Assembly (NCBI GenBank): GCA_965214115.1
Contig: CBDCAU010000008.1
Span: 156,347 to 220,346 of the forward strand
Direction: 5' to 3'
From: Owenweeksia sp.
GTDB lineage: Bacteria > Bacteroidota > Bacteroidia > Flavobacteriales > Schleiferiaceae
DNA: 64,000 bases
The position numbers and the translations under genes are program-made. Below, one piece after another: positions 10,481 to 21,204 of the stretch (within the stretch, counting starts at the first letter, position 1; each line of letters starts with the position of its first letter). The notes beneath the pieces were generated by a model. The model was not told where the DNA came from and did not search any database. It saw only the letters and a program-made list of their open reading frames with translations.

Positions 10481-13400
10481 TTGGCAAAAGGGCGGTTTTT
10501 TTTCATTTGTATGTTGTTGCAAAGCCTCGCTTTCGCGCAAAGCGACAGCACATTGTGGTCGCCCGCCCGTTCGGTTTTCGTCCCCGCCCAGTCCGATTCG
10601 CTTTTTTTGGATTCATTGCCCGTCTTGGAAAACAGCATTTCCATAAATGATTCCAATGGAAATCCATTACCCGTTTTATTCACATTTTATAAAAAGCCTT
10701 TTTCGCATCTGAAATTTCCACAAAAAACCGCGCAAATTTTATATGTAAATTATCAAATCATTGACATTCCTCTGAACCGAATTTATAGGAACAAAGACAC
10801 GACACTTATTTTACCCGAAATTGGCAGCGCGCCCAAAAACCTCTACGAAACGCAAGCCGCAGGGGGCGCGTTCCAGCCGTTCGCAGGGCTGAATTCGTCC
10901 GGTAGCATCAGCCGCAGCGTGAGCGTGGGCAACAATCAGGACGCGGTTTTGAACAGTAGTTTGAATTTGCAATTAAGTGGGGACTTGGGCGAGAACACCC
11001 AAATCCGGGCGAGCATCACCGACAACAGCATCCCCGTGCAAACGGGCGGCTACACCCAGCAATTGCGGGAGTTTGACCGCGTTTACCTCGAACTGGAAAA
11101 CCCAGATTTCGGCCTCCTGCGCGCGGGCGATTATAATATGACCAGCCAGCAAAACCAGTTTTTGCGGTTTGATAAACGGATTTCTGGCGCGGGGATTTTC
11201 ACCAAAATCAATCCTTCGGCAAGCTCAGGACAGGCGACGGGGGGAAACCAAATTCCGCTGCAACTGCAGGGCGGCATCGCGCGGGGAAAGTTTGCGCGCA
11301 ACCGTTTTCAGGGTTCGGAAGGAAACCAAGGCCCGTATAAATTGACGGGCGCGAACGGCGAACGGTTCGTGATCATTATCAGCGGTTCGGAGCGGGTCTA
11401 TATCGACGGAATCCTGATGCAGCGTGGCGAGCAGAACGATTATGTGATGGATTACAATGCGGGCGAAATCACGTTTACCGCGCTGCAACCGATTACGAAA
11501 GAACGGCGCATCGTGGTGGAATTTCAGTACACCGAGCAGAATTTCCTGCGCTCGGTTTTTTATGGCGAAAGCGGTTTTGAAAGTGAAAACTGGCAAACGT
11601 CGGTCAGTTTTTACTCCGAACAAGATGCCAAAAACCAGCCGCTTTTGGAGGATTTGCAAGATTCTGAAAAAGAGCTTTTAAGCCAAGTGGGGGATGATCT
11701 GAACGCCGCCCGCGTTTCCGCGATTCGCCGCTCTGAATTTTCCAATGACTTGGTTTTGTATGAGTTGCGCGATTCGCTGGGCTTTGATTCGGTCTTGGTT
11801 TTTTCGCTGGACAGCAACGCTGTTTTGCACCAAGCCGCTTTTACTTTTCTGGGTGAAAACGGCGGCGATTATGTGCTCGCACAAAACAACGCCAACGGTC
11901 GCGTTTTCCGCTGGGTGCCGCCCATCAACGGGATTCCGCAGGGGCGGTACGCACCCGTAAAACAACTGGTGGCGCCCAATCAATTGCAAATACTGACCGC
12001 ACGAACGGCGGGAAAAATTGCCGAAAATCACGCGATAAATGCTGAATTGGCAATGAGCAAAAATGACATCAATTTATTTTCCAATTTAGAGGAAGAAAAT
12101 GACCAAGGCAGTGCGGGTAAAATTCAATATATTTTGGATAAAAAACTGGACAATTCCGTAGTGAATTTTGGTGTCAATTACGAATTCAACCAAGATAATT
12201 TTCGCACGATTGAACGGATTCGCCGCGTGGAATTTGCCCGCGACTGGAACTTGCCGCTGAATTTCAACGGTGGTTTGCAGCTCGGTGGGATTTCCGCGGG
12301 CATTTCCGATGAAAAAAAATCGCTAATTTTGGAATCCGACTTTTTGACGTTAGACGGTTACGATGGTTTTAAAAACGTAGTGGCTGGAAAACTGCGCGAC
12401 TCTTCCAACATCGGCTTTTTGCAAGCCAGTTTTTTAACCACCAAAGACAGCCTCGGAAGCACGGAATTTTTACGCGAAAGCGGAGAATTTGCGCATTTTG
12501 TGACCCCGAACTTTTGGGCGGGAATCGGTTCGATTGGCGAATGGAACCAGCGCCAGGCGCGCGGCACCGACACGCTGCGCCGCGCCAGTTATAACTTTTT
12601 AGAATACCGTCTTTTCACGGGTTTCGGCGATTCGTCCGCCAATTTTACGGAGCTGAGTTTTCTGGAAAGATGGGACGACACTGCGCGCTTTGGTCGCTTT
12701 GTAAATTTCTCAAAAGCAACCACTTACCGAGTGGAATCGAATTACAAAACGAAATTTAACAGTACGCTAAACGCGAAAATCAACCTGCGGAATTTGAAGA
12801 TTCTGGAACCGGAGGAGAAAGAAATCCAACGCACCGTGACCACGCGCTTCAATTATTTGCAGCGGTTTTTTAGTAACAGCGTGGTCAGCACCACTTTTTA
12901 CGAGGCCGGGGCAGGCAGCGAACCGCGCCGCACTTTCAGTTATTTGGAAGTGCCGGCCGGCACGGGAACTTTTACCCACACCGATTATAACGGAAACGGA
13001 ATCAAGGAGTTGGATGAATTTGAAGTGGCGCCCACGCCAGACTTGGCAACCTTTGTCCGCATCTTTACGCCAAACAATGAATTTGTAAGGACGAGCCTCC
13101 AAAAATTTGGGCAGACCTTGAATTTGAACGCGCCTTCCAACTGGAAATCCGCCGAGGGAATCCGTAGCGGTTTGCACCGTTTCTCGCTGTTGTTCAATTA
13201 TTTAATAGATAGAAAAACCCTGCTGGACGGGACGACCAACCGATTGAATCCCTTTGAAGAAATTCCCGACGACACCTTGATCGTGGCGCTAAACCGCAAC
13301 TTCCGCAGCACGGTTTTCTTCAACCGCGCGTCCACCCTTTTGGGCGCGGATTACACCTATCGGAACACGGACAATCGCAATCTTTTGAGTTTTGGAATCG

Positions 13401-13936
13401 AGCAACGGAAAGTTATCGAAAACACCATCAAAATCCGCTATCAAATTTTTGAGCCTTTTTTGATAAAAACGGGCGCATCTTTTTTTGATAAAAACAACCT
13501 TTCGGGAAACTTTGCTTCGCGCAATTTTGGTATCGATCAATTTCGTAACGAAAACTCGATTTCCTACCAACCGGGCGAAAAATTGGTACTGACCGCACTC
13601 TATATTTTGGATGAACAAAATAGCAGTGCGGAAGAAAACGAAAACACGCTTTTCGCACAAACGGCGGGCGTGGAAATGAGCTATAATGCGGGGCAAAAAC
13701 TGAGTTTGCAGCTGAACCTCAATTACATCAAAAACGATTTTGAAGGGGCGCAAAATTCGCCGGCCGGCTTTGAAATGCTGCGCGAACTGAAACCCGGAAA
13801 CAACGGCACTTGGGGACTAACGCTGCAAAGGACGTTCAACAAAAATATCTTGGTAAGCCTGAACTACAACGGGCGGACGAGCGAAAACTCGCGGCCCATC
13901 CACAATGGGAACGTGGAAGTGAAGGCGTTTTTTTAA
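10481..13936 (+). CDS. Large conserved Bacteroidota outer-membrane protein of unknown function
   Basis: 1151 aa ORF with signal peptide, GSISRSVSVGNNQD...LNLQLSG motif and terminal beta-strand ending in F. Confidence 0.75.
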   Translation: MAKGRFFFICMLLQSLAFAQSDSTLWSPARSVFVPAQSDSLFLDSLPVLENSISINDSNGNPLPVLFTFYKKPFSHLKFPQKTAQILYVNYQIIDIPLNRIYRNKDTTLILPEIGSAPKNLYETQAAGGAFQPFAGLNSSGSISRSVSVGNNQDAVLNSSLNLQLSGDLGENTQIRASITDNSIPVQTGGYTQQLREFDRVYLELENPDFGLLRAGDYNMTSQQNQFLRFDKRISGAGIFTKINPSASSGQATGGNQIPLQLQGGIARGKFARNRFQGSEGNQGPYKLTGANGERFVIIISGSERVYIDGILMQRGEQNDYVMDYNAGEITFTALQPITKERRIVVEFQYTEQNFLRSVFYGESGFESENWQTSVSFYSEQDAKNQPLLEDLQDSEKELLSQVGDDLNAARVSAIRRSEFSNDLVLYELRDSLGFDSVLVFSLDSNAVLHQAAFTFLGENGGDYVLAQNNANGRVFRWVPPINGIPQGRYAPVKQLVAPNQLQILTARTAGKIAENHAINAELAMSKNDINLFSNLEEENDQGSAGKIQYILDKKLDNSVVNFGVNYEFNQDNFRTIERIRRVEFARDWNLPLNFNGGLQLGGISAGISDEKKSLILESDFLTLDGYDGFKNVVAGKLRDSSNIGFLQASFLTTKDSLGSTEFLRESGEFAHFVTPNFWAGIGSIGEWNQRQARGTDTLRRASYNFLEYRLFTGFGDSSANFTELSFLERWDDTARFGRFVNFSKATTYRVESNYKTKFNSTLNAKINLRNLKILEPEEKEIQRTVTTRFNYLQRFFSNSVVSTTFYEAGAGSEPRRTFSYLEVPAGTGTFTHTDYNGNGIKELDEFEVAPTPDLATFVRIFTPNNEFVRTSLQKFGQTLNLNAPSNWKSAEGIRSGLHRFSLLFNYLIDRKTLLDGTTNRLNPFEEIPDDTLIVALNRNFRSTVFFNRASTLLGADYTYRNTDNRNLLSFGIEQRKVIENTIKIRYQIFEPFLIKTGASFFDKNNLSGNFASRNFGIDQFRNENSISYQPGEKLVLTALYILDEQNSSAEENENTLFAQTAGVEMSYNAGQKLSLQLNLNYIKNDFEGAQNSPAGFEMLRELKPGNNGTWGLTLQRTFNKNILVSLNYNGRTSENSRPIHNGNVEVKAFF

Positions 13937-14074
13937 CCTCACCCCCAGCCCCTCTCCCACGGGAGAGGGGTGACGCAACGGACGGACGCAGTAAAGAAAC
14001 CTCATTAATATTTAATGCGGGATTTTTACGTCCAGCCACCCCCTCCCTGAAGGAGAGGGGGACGGGGGGTGAGG
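13937..14074. repeat. REP doublet (CCTCACCCCCAGCCCCTCTCCC...GGGAGAGGGG family)
   Basis: Two inverted GC-rich hairpin units. Confidence 0.8.
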
Positions 14075-14132
14075 TAATTTCGACCACACTTTCAGGGCGT
14101 GTCACTCGGCAAGAAATTATCAGCAGGATGTT

Positions 14133-14403
14133 TCATTGCAATTTTGCCAGAATCGTATCCGGCCTAAATACGGGCGGCCGCTCTTCCAAGGCCTTTTTCA
14201 AACTATCATTTTCTTTTTGCAATTTTTGCTTTAATAGAAGCTCTTCGGCGTAGCGATCGATCAGCACCTTTTTATGCGAATTGAGTTGCTTTACTTCTTG
14301 CAAATTTTGGTATAAAAAAAACGGCGGTATATACCAATCCCACGAAAATCAAAACGATGACCCAGACCAATCCCTTGTTTATGATGATAGTTTTGCGGCG
14401 CAT
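14133..14403 (-). pseudogene. Small N-terminally anchored coiled-coil protein (89 aa after correction), +1 frameshift in an A8 run
   Basis: MRRKTIIINKGLVWVIVLIFVGLVYTAVF then, shifted by 1 nt at 14314-14321, YQNLQEVKQLN...ILAKLQ*. Span 271 nt = 3n+1. Confidence 0.6.
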
Positions 14404-14444
14404 TTGTTATTTTTAAAAATTCAAATGTAGTTTTTTACTTACCA

Positions 14445-15143
14445 ATGAAGCGGCCTTTTTTCGTTCGAGATGTGGTGGATTTAGTGTATCCCGATGCTTG
14501 CGCGGGCTGCAGCAGCCCGTTGGTGGGAAAGGAAGAGTGGATTTGCCTGGACTGCCTGCACGACTTGCCCACCACGGATTTTCACAAAATGCAGGAAAAT
14601 CCTGTCTTGCAAATTTTTGCAGGGCGCGCGAAAATCGAAAAGGCGGCGGCCTATTTTTATTTTGAGAAAGGCGGCACGGTGCAGCGGCTAATGCATCATT
14701 TCAAATATGAAAACCAACCCGAAATCGGGACGCTGCTGGGGCAGTTGGCGGGGAAAGAATTGTTGAAAAGCGACTTTTTGGATGGGGTGGATTGTCTTGT
14801 CCCCATCCCGCTGCACCCGAAAAAGCTGAAACAGCGCGGCTTCAACCAAAGCCTCGTTTTGGCGCAAGCCATTTCGGATAGGACACGGATTCCCGTGCAT
14901 TTTGGCCATTTGACGCGCGATGTTTTCACGGAAACCCAGACGCGGAAATCGCGCTTTGCACGGTGGAAAAACGTGGAGAAAGTGTTCACCATCCAAAATT
15001 CCGCGAAGCTGGACGGCCAGCACGTTTTGCTGATTGATGACGTGATAACCACCGGTTCCACGGCCGAAGGTGCCGCGATTCAAATTCTGGGTTTGAAGAA
15101 TACCAAGGTTTCTTTTTTTGCTTTGGCGAAAGCCTCCAAATAA
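14445..15143 (+). CDS. comF: ComF family phosphoribosyltransferase-like protein
   Basis: CAGC..ICLDC zinc finger, PIPLH, RGFNQS, LLIDDVITTGST. Confidence 0.92.
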   Translation: MKRPFFVRDVVDLVYPDACAGCSSPLVGKEEWICLDCLHDLPTTDFHKMQENPVLQIFAGRAKIEKAAAYFYFEKGGTVQRLMHHFKYENQPEIGTLLGQLAGKELLKSDFLDGVDCLVPIPLHPKKLKQRGFNQSLVLAQAISDRTRIPVHFGHLTRDVFTETQTRKSRFARWKNVEKVFTIQNSAKLDGQHVLLIDDVITTGSTAEGAAIQILGLKNTKVSFFALAKASK

Positions 15144-15172
15144 AAAACCCCCGACGTTTCCGCCGAGGGTTT
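15142..15172 (-). terminator. Rho-independent terminator of the T9SS gene
   Basis: Minus strand CCCTCGGCG-GAAA-CGTCGGGGG followed by a T run. Confidence 0.75.
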
Positions 15173-15196
15173 GTGAAAGATTCAATTTCTATAAAA

Positions 15197-18100
15197 TCAT
15201 TGCTTGATGAGCTTCACGTTGGCCGTGCCAGTGGCGGTTTGCACCTGCACCGTGTACACGCCGTTGGCCAAGTTGGCCACGTCCAACCGGTCGCTCACGA
15301 GGCCGACCTCGCCATAGTTTTTGCTCATCACGATTTTGCCGCTAACATCCAGAAGGCGCATTGTTACGGCGCTGCGCTCGTCCAGTTGGATGTCCAAATT
15401 CAGTTCATCCGTGGCGGGGTTGGGGAACATCAGCAACTGCCCGCCAATGTTGGTTTCTTCCAAGCTTACGTTGGCGAGGGTAACGGTGGCACTGTCCGTG
15501 CCGCAGTTGTTGCTCACCACCAGTTTCGCCGTGAAGGCTCCTCCCGTGGCGTAGGTGTTGGAAGTGGTCACTCCCGTTCCAGAATTTCCGTCGCCAAAGT
15601 CCCACGCGTAGTTGTTTCCACTGCCCGTGCTGGCGCTGGCGTCAAAGTTTACGGTGAAGCCGTTGATGACTGGGGTGCCGATGCTGGCCACGGGCGCGCC
15701 TTCGTCTTTCACGTCCACCAAGGTAAATGCCGCCTGGCTGGTGTCGCTGCCGCAAACGTTGGAAACAATCACCAAATATCCCGTATTGGCCATCGTACCC
15801 GTCAGCGTATAAGAGCTGTCGTTGTAGATGGGAGCCAAGATGGGGGGGCTGGCAAAGTTGGTATCTAAGGCCGCGATGAAAGAAGTATCAGCCGCAGTGT
15901 TCCAAGTGATGATGATGCTATCGCAGGAAACTACGTTGGCAGCGAGGTTGGTGGGGGCGGAGCAGAAGGTAGCGCCAGCCTCCAAAATAGTTACATCATC
16001 TATAGCATTATCACCCGCGCAGCATCCGTTGGATACGGAACGAAAACGTACCTGAAAATCGGTTTGGGCGATGTAGTTGGAAAGATCCAAAACCGTATCC
16101 GTCCAAGCATCGGCTTGGGACGTTTGCGCGCCTATGGCATTGGTATAGGAGTGAAGGCCCAAATCCCAACTTGTGCCATTGAACACGTCCACGTACAAAT
16201 CGGCCATTTGAGTGCCGTACCTGTACACGGAGTAGGACAATTCTGGATTGGCAAGACCGGAAATGTCCACTACGGGAGAAATGAGCAGGGTGGAATCGGG
16301 AACGGTGCCGGAAGAACCTGAAACATCGGCGGTGATAAAATGGCCGCCCATCGCTGGGAAAAGCGTACGGTCGCCGCTGGGGCCGGTGGTGGTGCCGGAC
16401 GTCGTTTGGGCGGTATTCCTCACCTCCCAAGAATAATTACCACTGGGCGTTGTTCCTGGATTATTGGATTGGAATTCCCAACACCTTTCCGTACCGTCAA
16501 AATGGCCCACGGTAAAGTTTTCAAAATCCTCAAGATAAGGGGCTGTGAAAGGGGGGCAAGTAGTGCAGAACACAAAAGGCCCGGCCCAAAGCGAACTATC
16601 GCCCGGGGCGCATATCGCACGTACCAAGTATTCGTAGCAGAAGTTGCCCCGCAGAGTGTCAATCACGGCACTGGACGTATTGGTCAAAAATTTAGTACCG
16701 CCCACGGTAGTGGTGGCTTGGAAAAAGCCTTGAGGGCCAAACCATACTTGATAAGAACCCGCGAAACCGGGATCCGTCCAATTGAGCGTTGCGGAAGTAT
16801 CCCCAATGGAAGAAACGCCAAGGCTATTTGGAGCTGGGCAAGAAGGTAGGGCACAGGAGGCGGTGAAAATTCCTAAAGTGTCGCCAGCAGCTGGGCCGTT
16901 GCCAAACGTAGTAGGGTTAATCGAATCTACCAACATTGGAAAGGGGGAGAAAATTTTATATCCGATTTCGTAAGAAAATGTGCCTGCATTAGTCAAAACT
17001 ACATAGGTGGTGATACTGTCGCAAAGCCGGACTGTAGTCTGGAGGCTATCCCCATTGTTTACTGCAGAAGTAAAATTAGCGCCCACGGTTTTTACGCTAA
17101 CACCATTCTGCAAGAAAGAAATCTCCGCACCGTTCCAGCCGTCTCCAAAGTCATCGGTCAAAGTCACACCGAAGACGCAGCTTTGCGAGGTATCACAAAC
17201 TTCCGTATTGAACGCGAAAGGGCCCACTGGCGTACTCAGACTGCCGGAGCTGCAACTGTCTTGTACATAAAATTCGTAAGCGGTGCCCGCTGTCAGGCCA
17301 GTAACATTTAGCGTGTCATTCATAGTGGTAACGGAAGTACCTTGGCCGAGGGTAAAGCCGGCGGGCCCGTATTCCACAATTGAGTTTGATGCTCCGCCCG
17401 AACTCCAATAAAGGTTGGTAGTGGTAGTGGTAGCTCCAAAAGCACCCAAAGCGGTTGGATCAGGGCACACAATGTCTCTCACCTGAATATTATCTACCAT
17501 CCACCACCAAGCCCAATTACCCATATCGTCATACACAAAGCGAACTTTGAAATCCGCATTGGCATAGACAGATACATTAATGGTTTGGTGGTTGGGCGCT
17601 GAGAAGTTGCCTGTATTGGCAGTGACTGTATATACGGAAACCCACTGCACCCCATCAAACACCTCCACTTTTCCGGAAGAACTCAAGTGACGGTAATAGT
17701 GATCAAAATCGAGAGTTAGAACGCCATTTATCGTATCAGCATCAATGGCTGGCGTTTCCATAATTTCGAACAGAGTGGGGCCACTGCCCGGTGCGTCGCT
17801 ATTGGCAATAGCGAAAGCGGTTCCGTCCAAATCGCCGTTTACGGAAGAGCCTCCAGCAGGTTCTATCACCCAAGTATCAGGAGAACTGCCACCATCAACA
17901 ACGGAGATGCAGCCGAACATTTGGCTGTTGAAATTTTCGGAATAAGGCAGGTTTTGCTTGGGGCAGGTGGTGCAATATTGGAAAGGCCCCACCCAAGCTG
18001 AAGTGCCATTGCCCGTGCCTGTACAGTTTTTTCGGAAATAAAAATCGTAGCAAGTTTGCGCCATCAGTGGATTGTTGCAGATTCCGGTAACGGAAGCATT

Positions 18101-18817
18101 GGTGATGGTAAAAGTGTTGCTCTGGAATTGCGCGTTGCAACCCGTGCCCTGTAAAAACCCTACGGGTCCCCATTCAATATCGAAAGTGTCCGAAACTCCG
18201 CTCAAAGTAAAAGCCAATGAAGTATCCGTTGCATTAGAGGAAAGCACTATCGGGTCGGAGCAGGTAACTTCTTTCAGTTCAAAATTGTCAATCAGCCAAT
18301 ACCAAGCGAAACTGTTATTGTCATCATAAATAAAGCGTACCTGAAAATTAGCGTTGGCATAAATGGTTACATCAATAAGCTGATGATTAGGTGCGGAAAA
18401 TGCACCGATTGTATTTTCAACTACATAGACAGTTATCCAGCTTGCGCCATCGTACACTTGTACTTGGCCCGAATCGGACGAGCCTAAACTCCGGAAATAT
18501 TGGTCGAACTCCATTATTAGACTACCATTCAATGAAGCGGCATTTATTACTGGAGATTCGAGCGTCTCCGACAAAGTGTTACCAGAACCCGCCGCATCTG
18601 AATTGACAATCATATAGCCGGTGCCGTCCAAAGTGCCCACTCCGGCTGTATCCTGAAACCAAGTGTCAGGCGTATTCCCGCCATTGATGGGAGTGAAACA
18701 ACCCGTGTCTTGGTTAAAATTTTCAGAATAGGGGAGGGAAACTGGTGAGGTGCATTGCGCCTCCACCATTTGCCAACTACAAAAAACAACGGTTAAAAAA
18801 TAAACCAGATTTTTCAT
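15197..18817 (-). CDS. T9SS-secreted multidomain surface protein (MAM/cleaved-adhesin-like repeats, FN3, PKD, type A CTD)
   Basis: Signal peptide, repeated LPYSENF...WxIDN modules, YAWDFGDG PKD motif, C-terminal MFPNPA...GVYTVQV...KLIKQ. Confidence 0.85.
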   Translation of the reverse strand: MKNLVYFLTVVFCSWQMVEAQCTSPVSLPYSENFNQDTGCFTPINGGNTPDTWFQDTAGVGTLDGTGYMIVNSDAAGSGNTLSETLESPVINAASLNGSLIMEFDQYFRSLGSSDSGQVQVYDGASWITVYVVENTIGAFSAPNHQLIDVTIYANANFQVRFIYDDNNSFAWYWLIDNFELKEVTCSDPIVLSSNATDTSLAFTLSGVSDTFDIEWGPVGFLQGTGCNAQFQSNTFTITNASVTGICNNPLMAQTCYDFYFRKNCTGTGNGTSAWVGPFQYCTTCPKQNLPYSENFNSQMFGCISVVDGGSSPDTWVIEPAGGSSVNGDLDGTAFAIANSDAPGSGPTLFEIMETPAIDADTINGVLTLDFDHYYRHLSSSGKVEVFDGVQWVSVYTVTANTGNFSAPNHQTINVSVYANADFKVRFVYDDMGNWAWWWMVDNIQVRDIVCPDPTALGAFGATTTTTNLYWSSGGASNSIVEYGPAGFTLGQGTSVTTMNDTLNVTGLTAGTAYEFYVQDSCSSGSLSTPVGPFAFNTEVCDTSQSCVFGVTLTDDFGDGWNGAEISFLQNGVSVKTVGANFTSAVNNGDSLQTTVRLCDSITTYVVLTNAGTFSYEIGYKIFSPFPMLVDSINPTTFGNGPAAGDTLGIFTASCALPSCPAPNSLGVSSIGDTSATLNWTDPGFAGSYQVWFGPQGFFQATTTVGGTKFLTNTSSAVIDTLRGNFCYEYLVRAICAPGDSSLWAGPFVFCTTCPPFTAPYLEDFENFTVGHFDGTERCWEFQSNNPGTTPSGNYSWEVRNTAQTTSGTTTGPSGDRTLFPAMGGHFITADVSGSSGTVPDSTLLISPVVDISGLANPELSYSVYRYGTQMADLYVDVFNGTSWDLGLHSYTNAIGAQTSQADAWTDTVLDLSNYIAQTDFQVRFRSVSNGCCAGDNAIDDVTILEAGATFCSAPTNLAANVVSCDSIIITWNTAADTSFIAALDTNFASPPILAPIYNDSSYTLTGTMANTGYLVIVSNVCGSDTSQAAFTLVDVKDEGAPVASIGTPVINGFTVNFDASASTGSGNNYAWDFGDGNSGTGVTTSNTYATGGAFTAKLVVSNNCGTDSATVTLANVSLEETNIGGQLLMFPNPATDELNLDIQLDERSAVTMRLLDVSGKIVMSKNYGEVGLVSDRLDVANLANGVYTVQVQTATGTANVKLIKQ

Positions 18818-19060
18818 TTTTGGATTTTTTTAGAAGCAAATGGCTATACTAGGCAAAAAAGAATTCGTAGGCAACTTAATTCCTACAGTATTAGGAATCA
18901 GAAAAAGAACACCAAATTATTTAGCCAACCTCGAGACAAGAATAAGACCTAATTTCAAGTGCAGAAATTTATAGATGCCACTACTAGGAAATAGCGGTAA
19001 ATCTCCCGTAGCCAATCAATCACAAGAAAAACCATCATCTGAGGTTACTCCAACAATAAA

Positions 19061-19471
19061 CTAATGATGAAATAATACCCTACCTAGGGGCCCTCCCTGA
19101 TAATTACACACCCAACTATATTGAACTGGGTCATTAGAGCAACTTTCACAAACTAACGCAGAACTATTGCTAGGCTGATTTGGAGTGCAAACACAACCAC
19201 CTTGGATTACCTTCCCAAAATTTTTCGGACATTCCACGTATTTAAATTTCACACTATTAAAAAATTCTCCAGAAGGTGCTGTTGGGGCAATGTTTTGGCC
19301 TGGAGCCAAAGTATAACTGAGAGTTCTTGAATATTCGCAACTTCCATCTACAAGTGAAAAAACAATATCCAATGCACACGTTGTTTGATTTTGAACCAAC
19401 ACTTGAGATTGGGCGTTTGCAAACTGTAGTCCAATAGCGGAGATTAAAAGTAAGAATATTTTATTTTTCAT
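19061..19471 (-). CDS. Small secreted Cys-rich hypothetical protein
   Basis: Signal peptide ending ANA-Q; 8 Cys; AT-rich DNA. Confidence 0.7.
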   Translation of the reverse strand: MKNKIFLLLISAIGLQFANAQSQVLVQNQTTCALDIVFSLVDGSCEYSRTLSYTLAPGQNIAPTAPSGEFFNSVKFKYVECPKNFGKVIQGGCVCTPNQPSNSSALVCESCSNDPVQYSWVCNYQGGPLGRVLFHH

Positions 19472-19531
19472 TTTTGAATAATTTTAATTTCAGCAAAGAT
19501 AATTGATAGAGATAAATTCAATTATAAAATT

Positions 19532-21204
19532 ATGACAAGATTTTTTTTTTGGCTTTTTTAGTGTTTTATTTTGAGGCCACACTCACCTCCTGCGCCAGCC
19601 GCTCTTCCCCCAGCGGCGGCCCGCGCGATACCACCGCCCCCGCGCTGGACACTTCCTTCCCGCCCAACTTTTCCACCCGCTTTTCCGCCAAAGAAATCAA
19701 CTTGGTGTTCAACGAATACATCACCTTGAAAAACGCCCAGCAGCAAATCCGCTTCACGCCGCCGCTCAATGAAAAGCCTGACGTACAGTCGCGCGGCAAA
19801 GAAGTCAACATCCGGTGGGAAGACACTCTGCTGGAAAACACCACCTACACGATTTCCTTCGGCACGGCCATCGAGGATTTTACGGAAGGAAATACCCTGG
19901 AAAATTTCAAGTACGTCTTTTCCACCGGCGACTACATTGACAGCCTGAGCCTGCGCGGCACGGTGAAAAACAGCCAAACGGGCGGTGCAGAAAGTGGGAT
20001 TTTGGTCGCCCTTTACGATTTGGGCAACCTCAAAAAACCCGACTCCATCCCGTTCCTCAACCTTCCCACCTACTACGCCTACACGGGTGAGGCGGGCGAT
20101 TTCCAGCTTTCCAATTTAAAATACGGCCGCTTCCACATCGTGGCCTTCGAGGACAAGCGCGGCGATTTCAAAATGAGCGGCATCGGCAAAACGGCCTTTT
20201 TTGAAGATACCCTGACGCTGGGGCTGGACAACCCGCCGGTGGAACTTTTCACCTTTGAGCCGAATCCCGACCCACGATTTTTCGGGATGAAACAAGAAAG
20301 CCGCGGGATGGTGAGCCTGCCCTTCAACTACCCCGTGCCCAACCTGAAAATAGAACCGCTGAACCCGAACTGGGGCGAGCGTTTTTCCTACGTTTTATTT
20401 TCCAAAGAAAAAGACACCGCGCGCTTTTGGTTCGACCCCGAAAACTTGGACTCCGTCCGTTTGAAACTGTCAGTAGATTCTTCCTTTTCGGATACCGTCA
20501 CCACCAATTTGCGCAATTTGAAAATCCAAGATTTTACCCTGAGCTTGGCGCAAAGCGAAGTGAAATACAACGATCCGGTGAGCTTAAAGGCGCGCCGCCC
20601 CGTGCAAAAAGTAAATTTGGAAAAAGTGCTTTTCCTTAGCGGGAAAGACACGCTGGCGGCAGAATTGGACAGCAGCGCACTGCCCCTGTTTTTAAAATTC
20701 ACACTCAAAAAACGCCCGAAAGAATTCAAATTGATTTTGCTGAAAAACGCCATCGAACCCTACTTGGGCGAGGGCAATGATTCCGCGCAATTTTCGCTGA
20801 CCACCTTAAAAGGCGAGGATCTGGGGAATTTGGATTTTACCGTGAAAACGGGCGACACCGCGCAGCCGCTGGTTTTGGTGATGAAAAATCCTGCTGGGGA
20901 GGAAATCGTGCGAACCTCTTTCACAGAAAAAACCACCGAGAAGCTGCGGAAAATGAAGCCCGGCGTTTACACCGCGCAGCTCATTTTAGATGACGATGGC
21001 GACGGGAAATGGAGCACGGGAAATTACCTGAAAGGCCACCAGCCCGAAAAAATTCTCACCTATCCCGACAAGATGGAAATCCGCGCCAACTGGGACTTGG
21101 AACTGGACTGGCTTCCGAAAATCTCGGAAACGCCGAAAATTCCCACCATCCCCGTGGAAACCCTCAACGATTCCACCGGGGCGGCTCAGGATAGCTTAAA
21201 ATAA
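19532..21204 (+). CDS. Ig-like (Big_5) domain lipoprotein; the likely ATG (19532) is out of frame across a T10 run
   Basis: LTSC lipobox, SPSGGPRDTTAP, FNEYI, NTTYTISFG. ATG 19532 becomes in frame with T11 or T8 at 19541-19550; otherwise TTG 19549 is the start. Confidence 0.75.
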
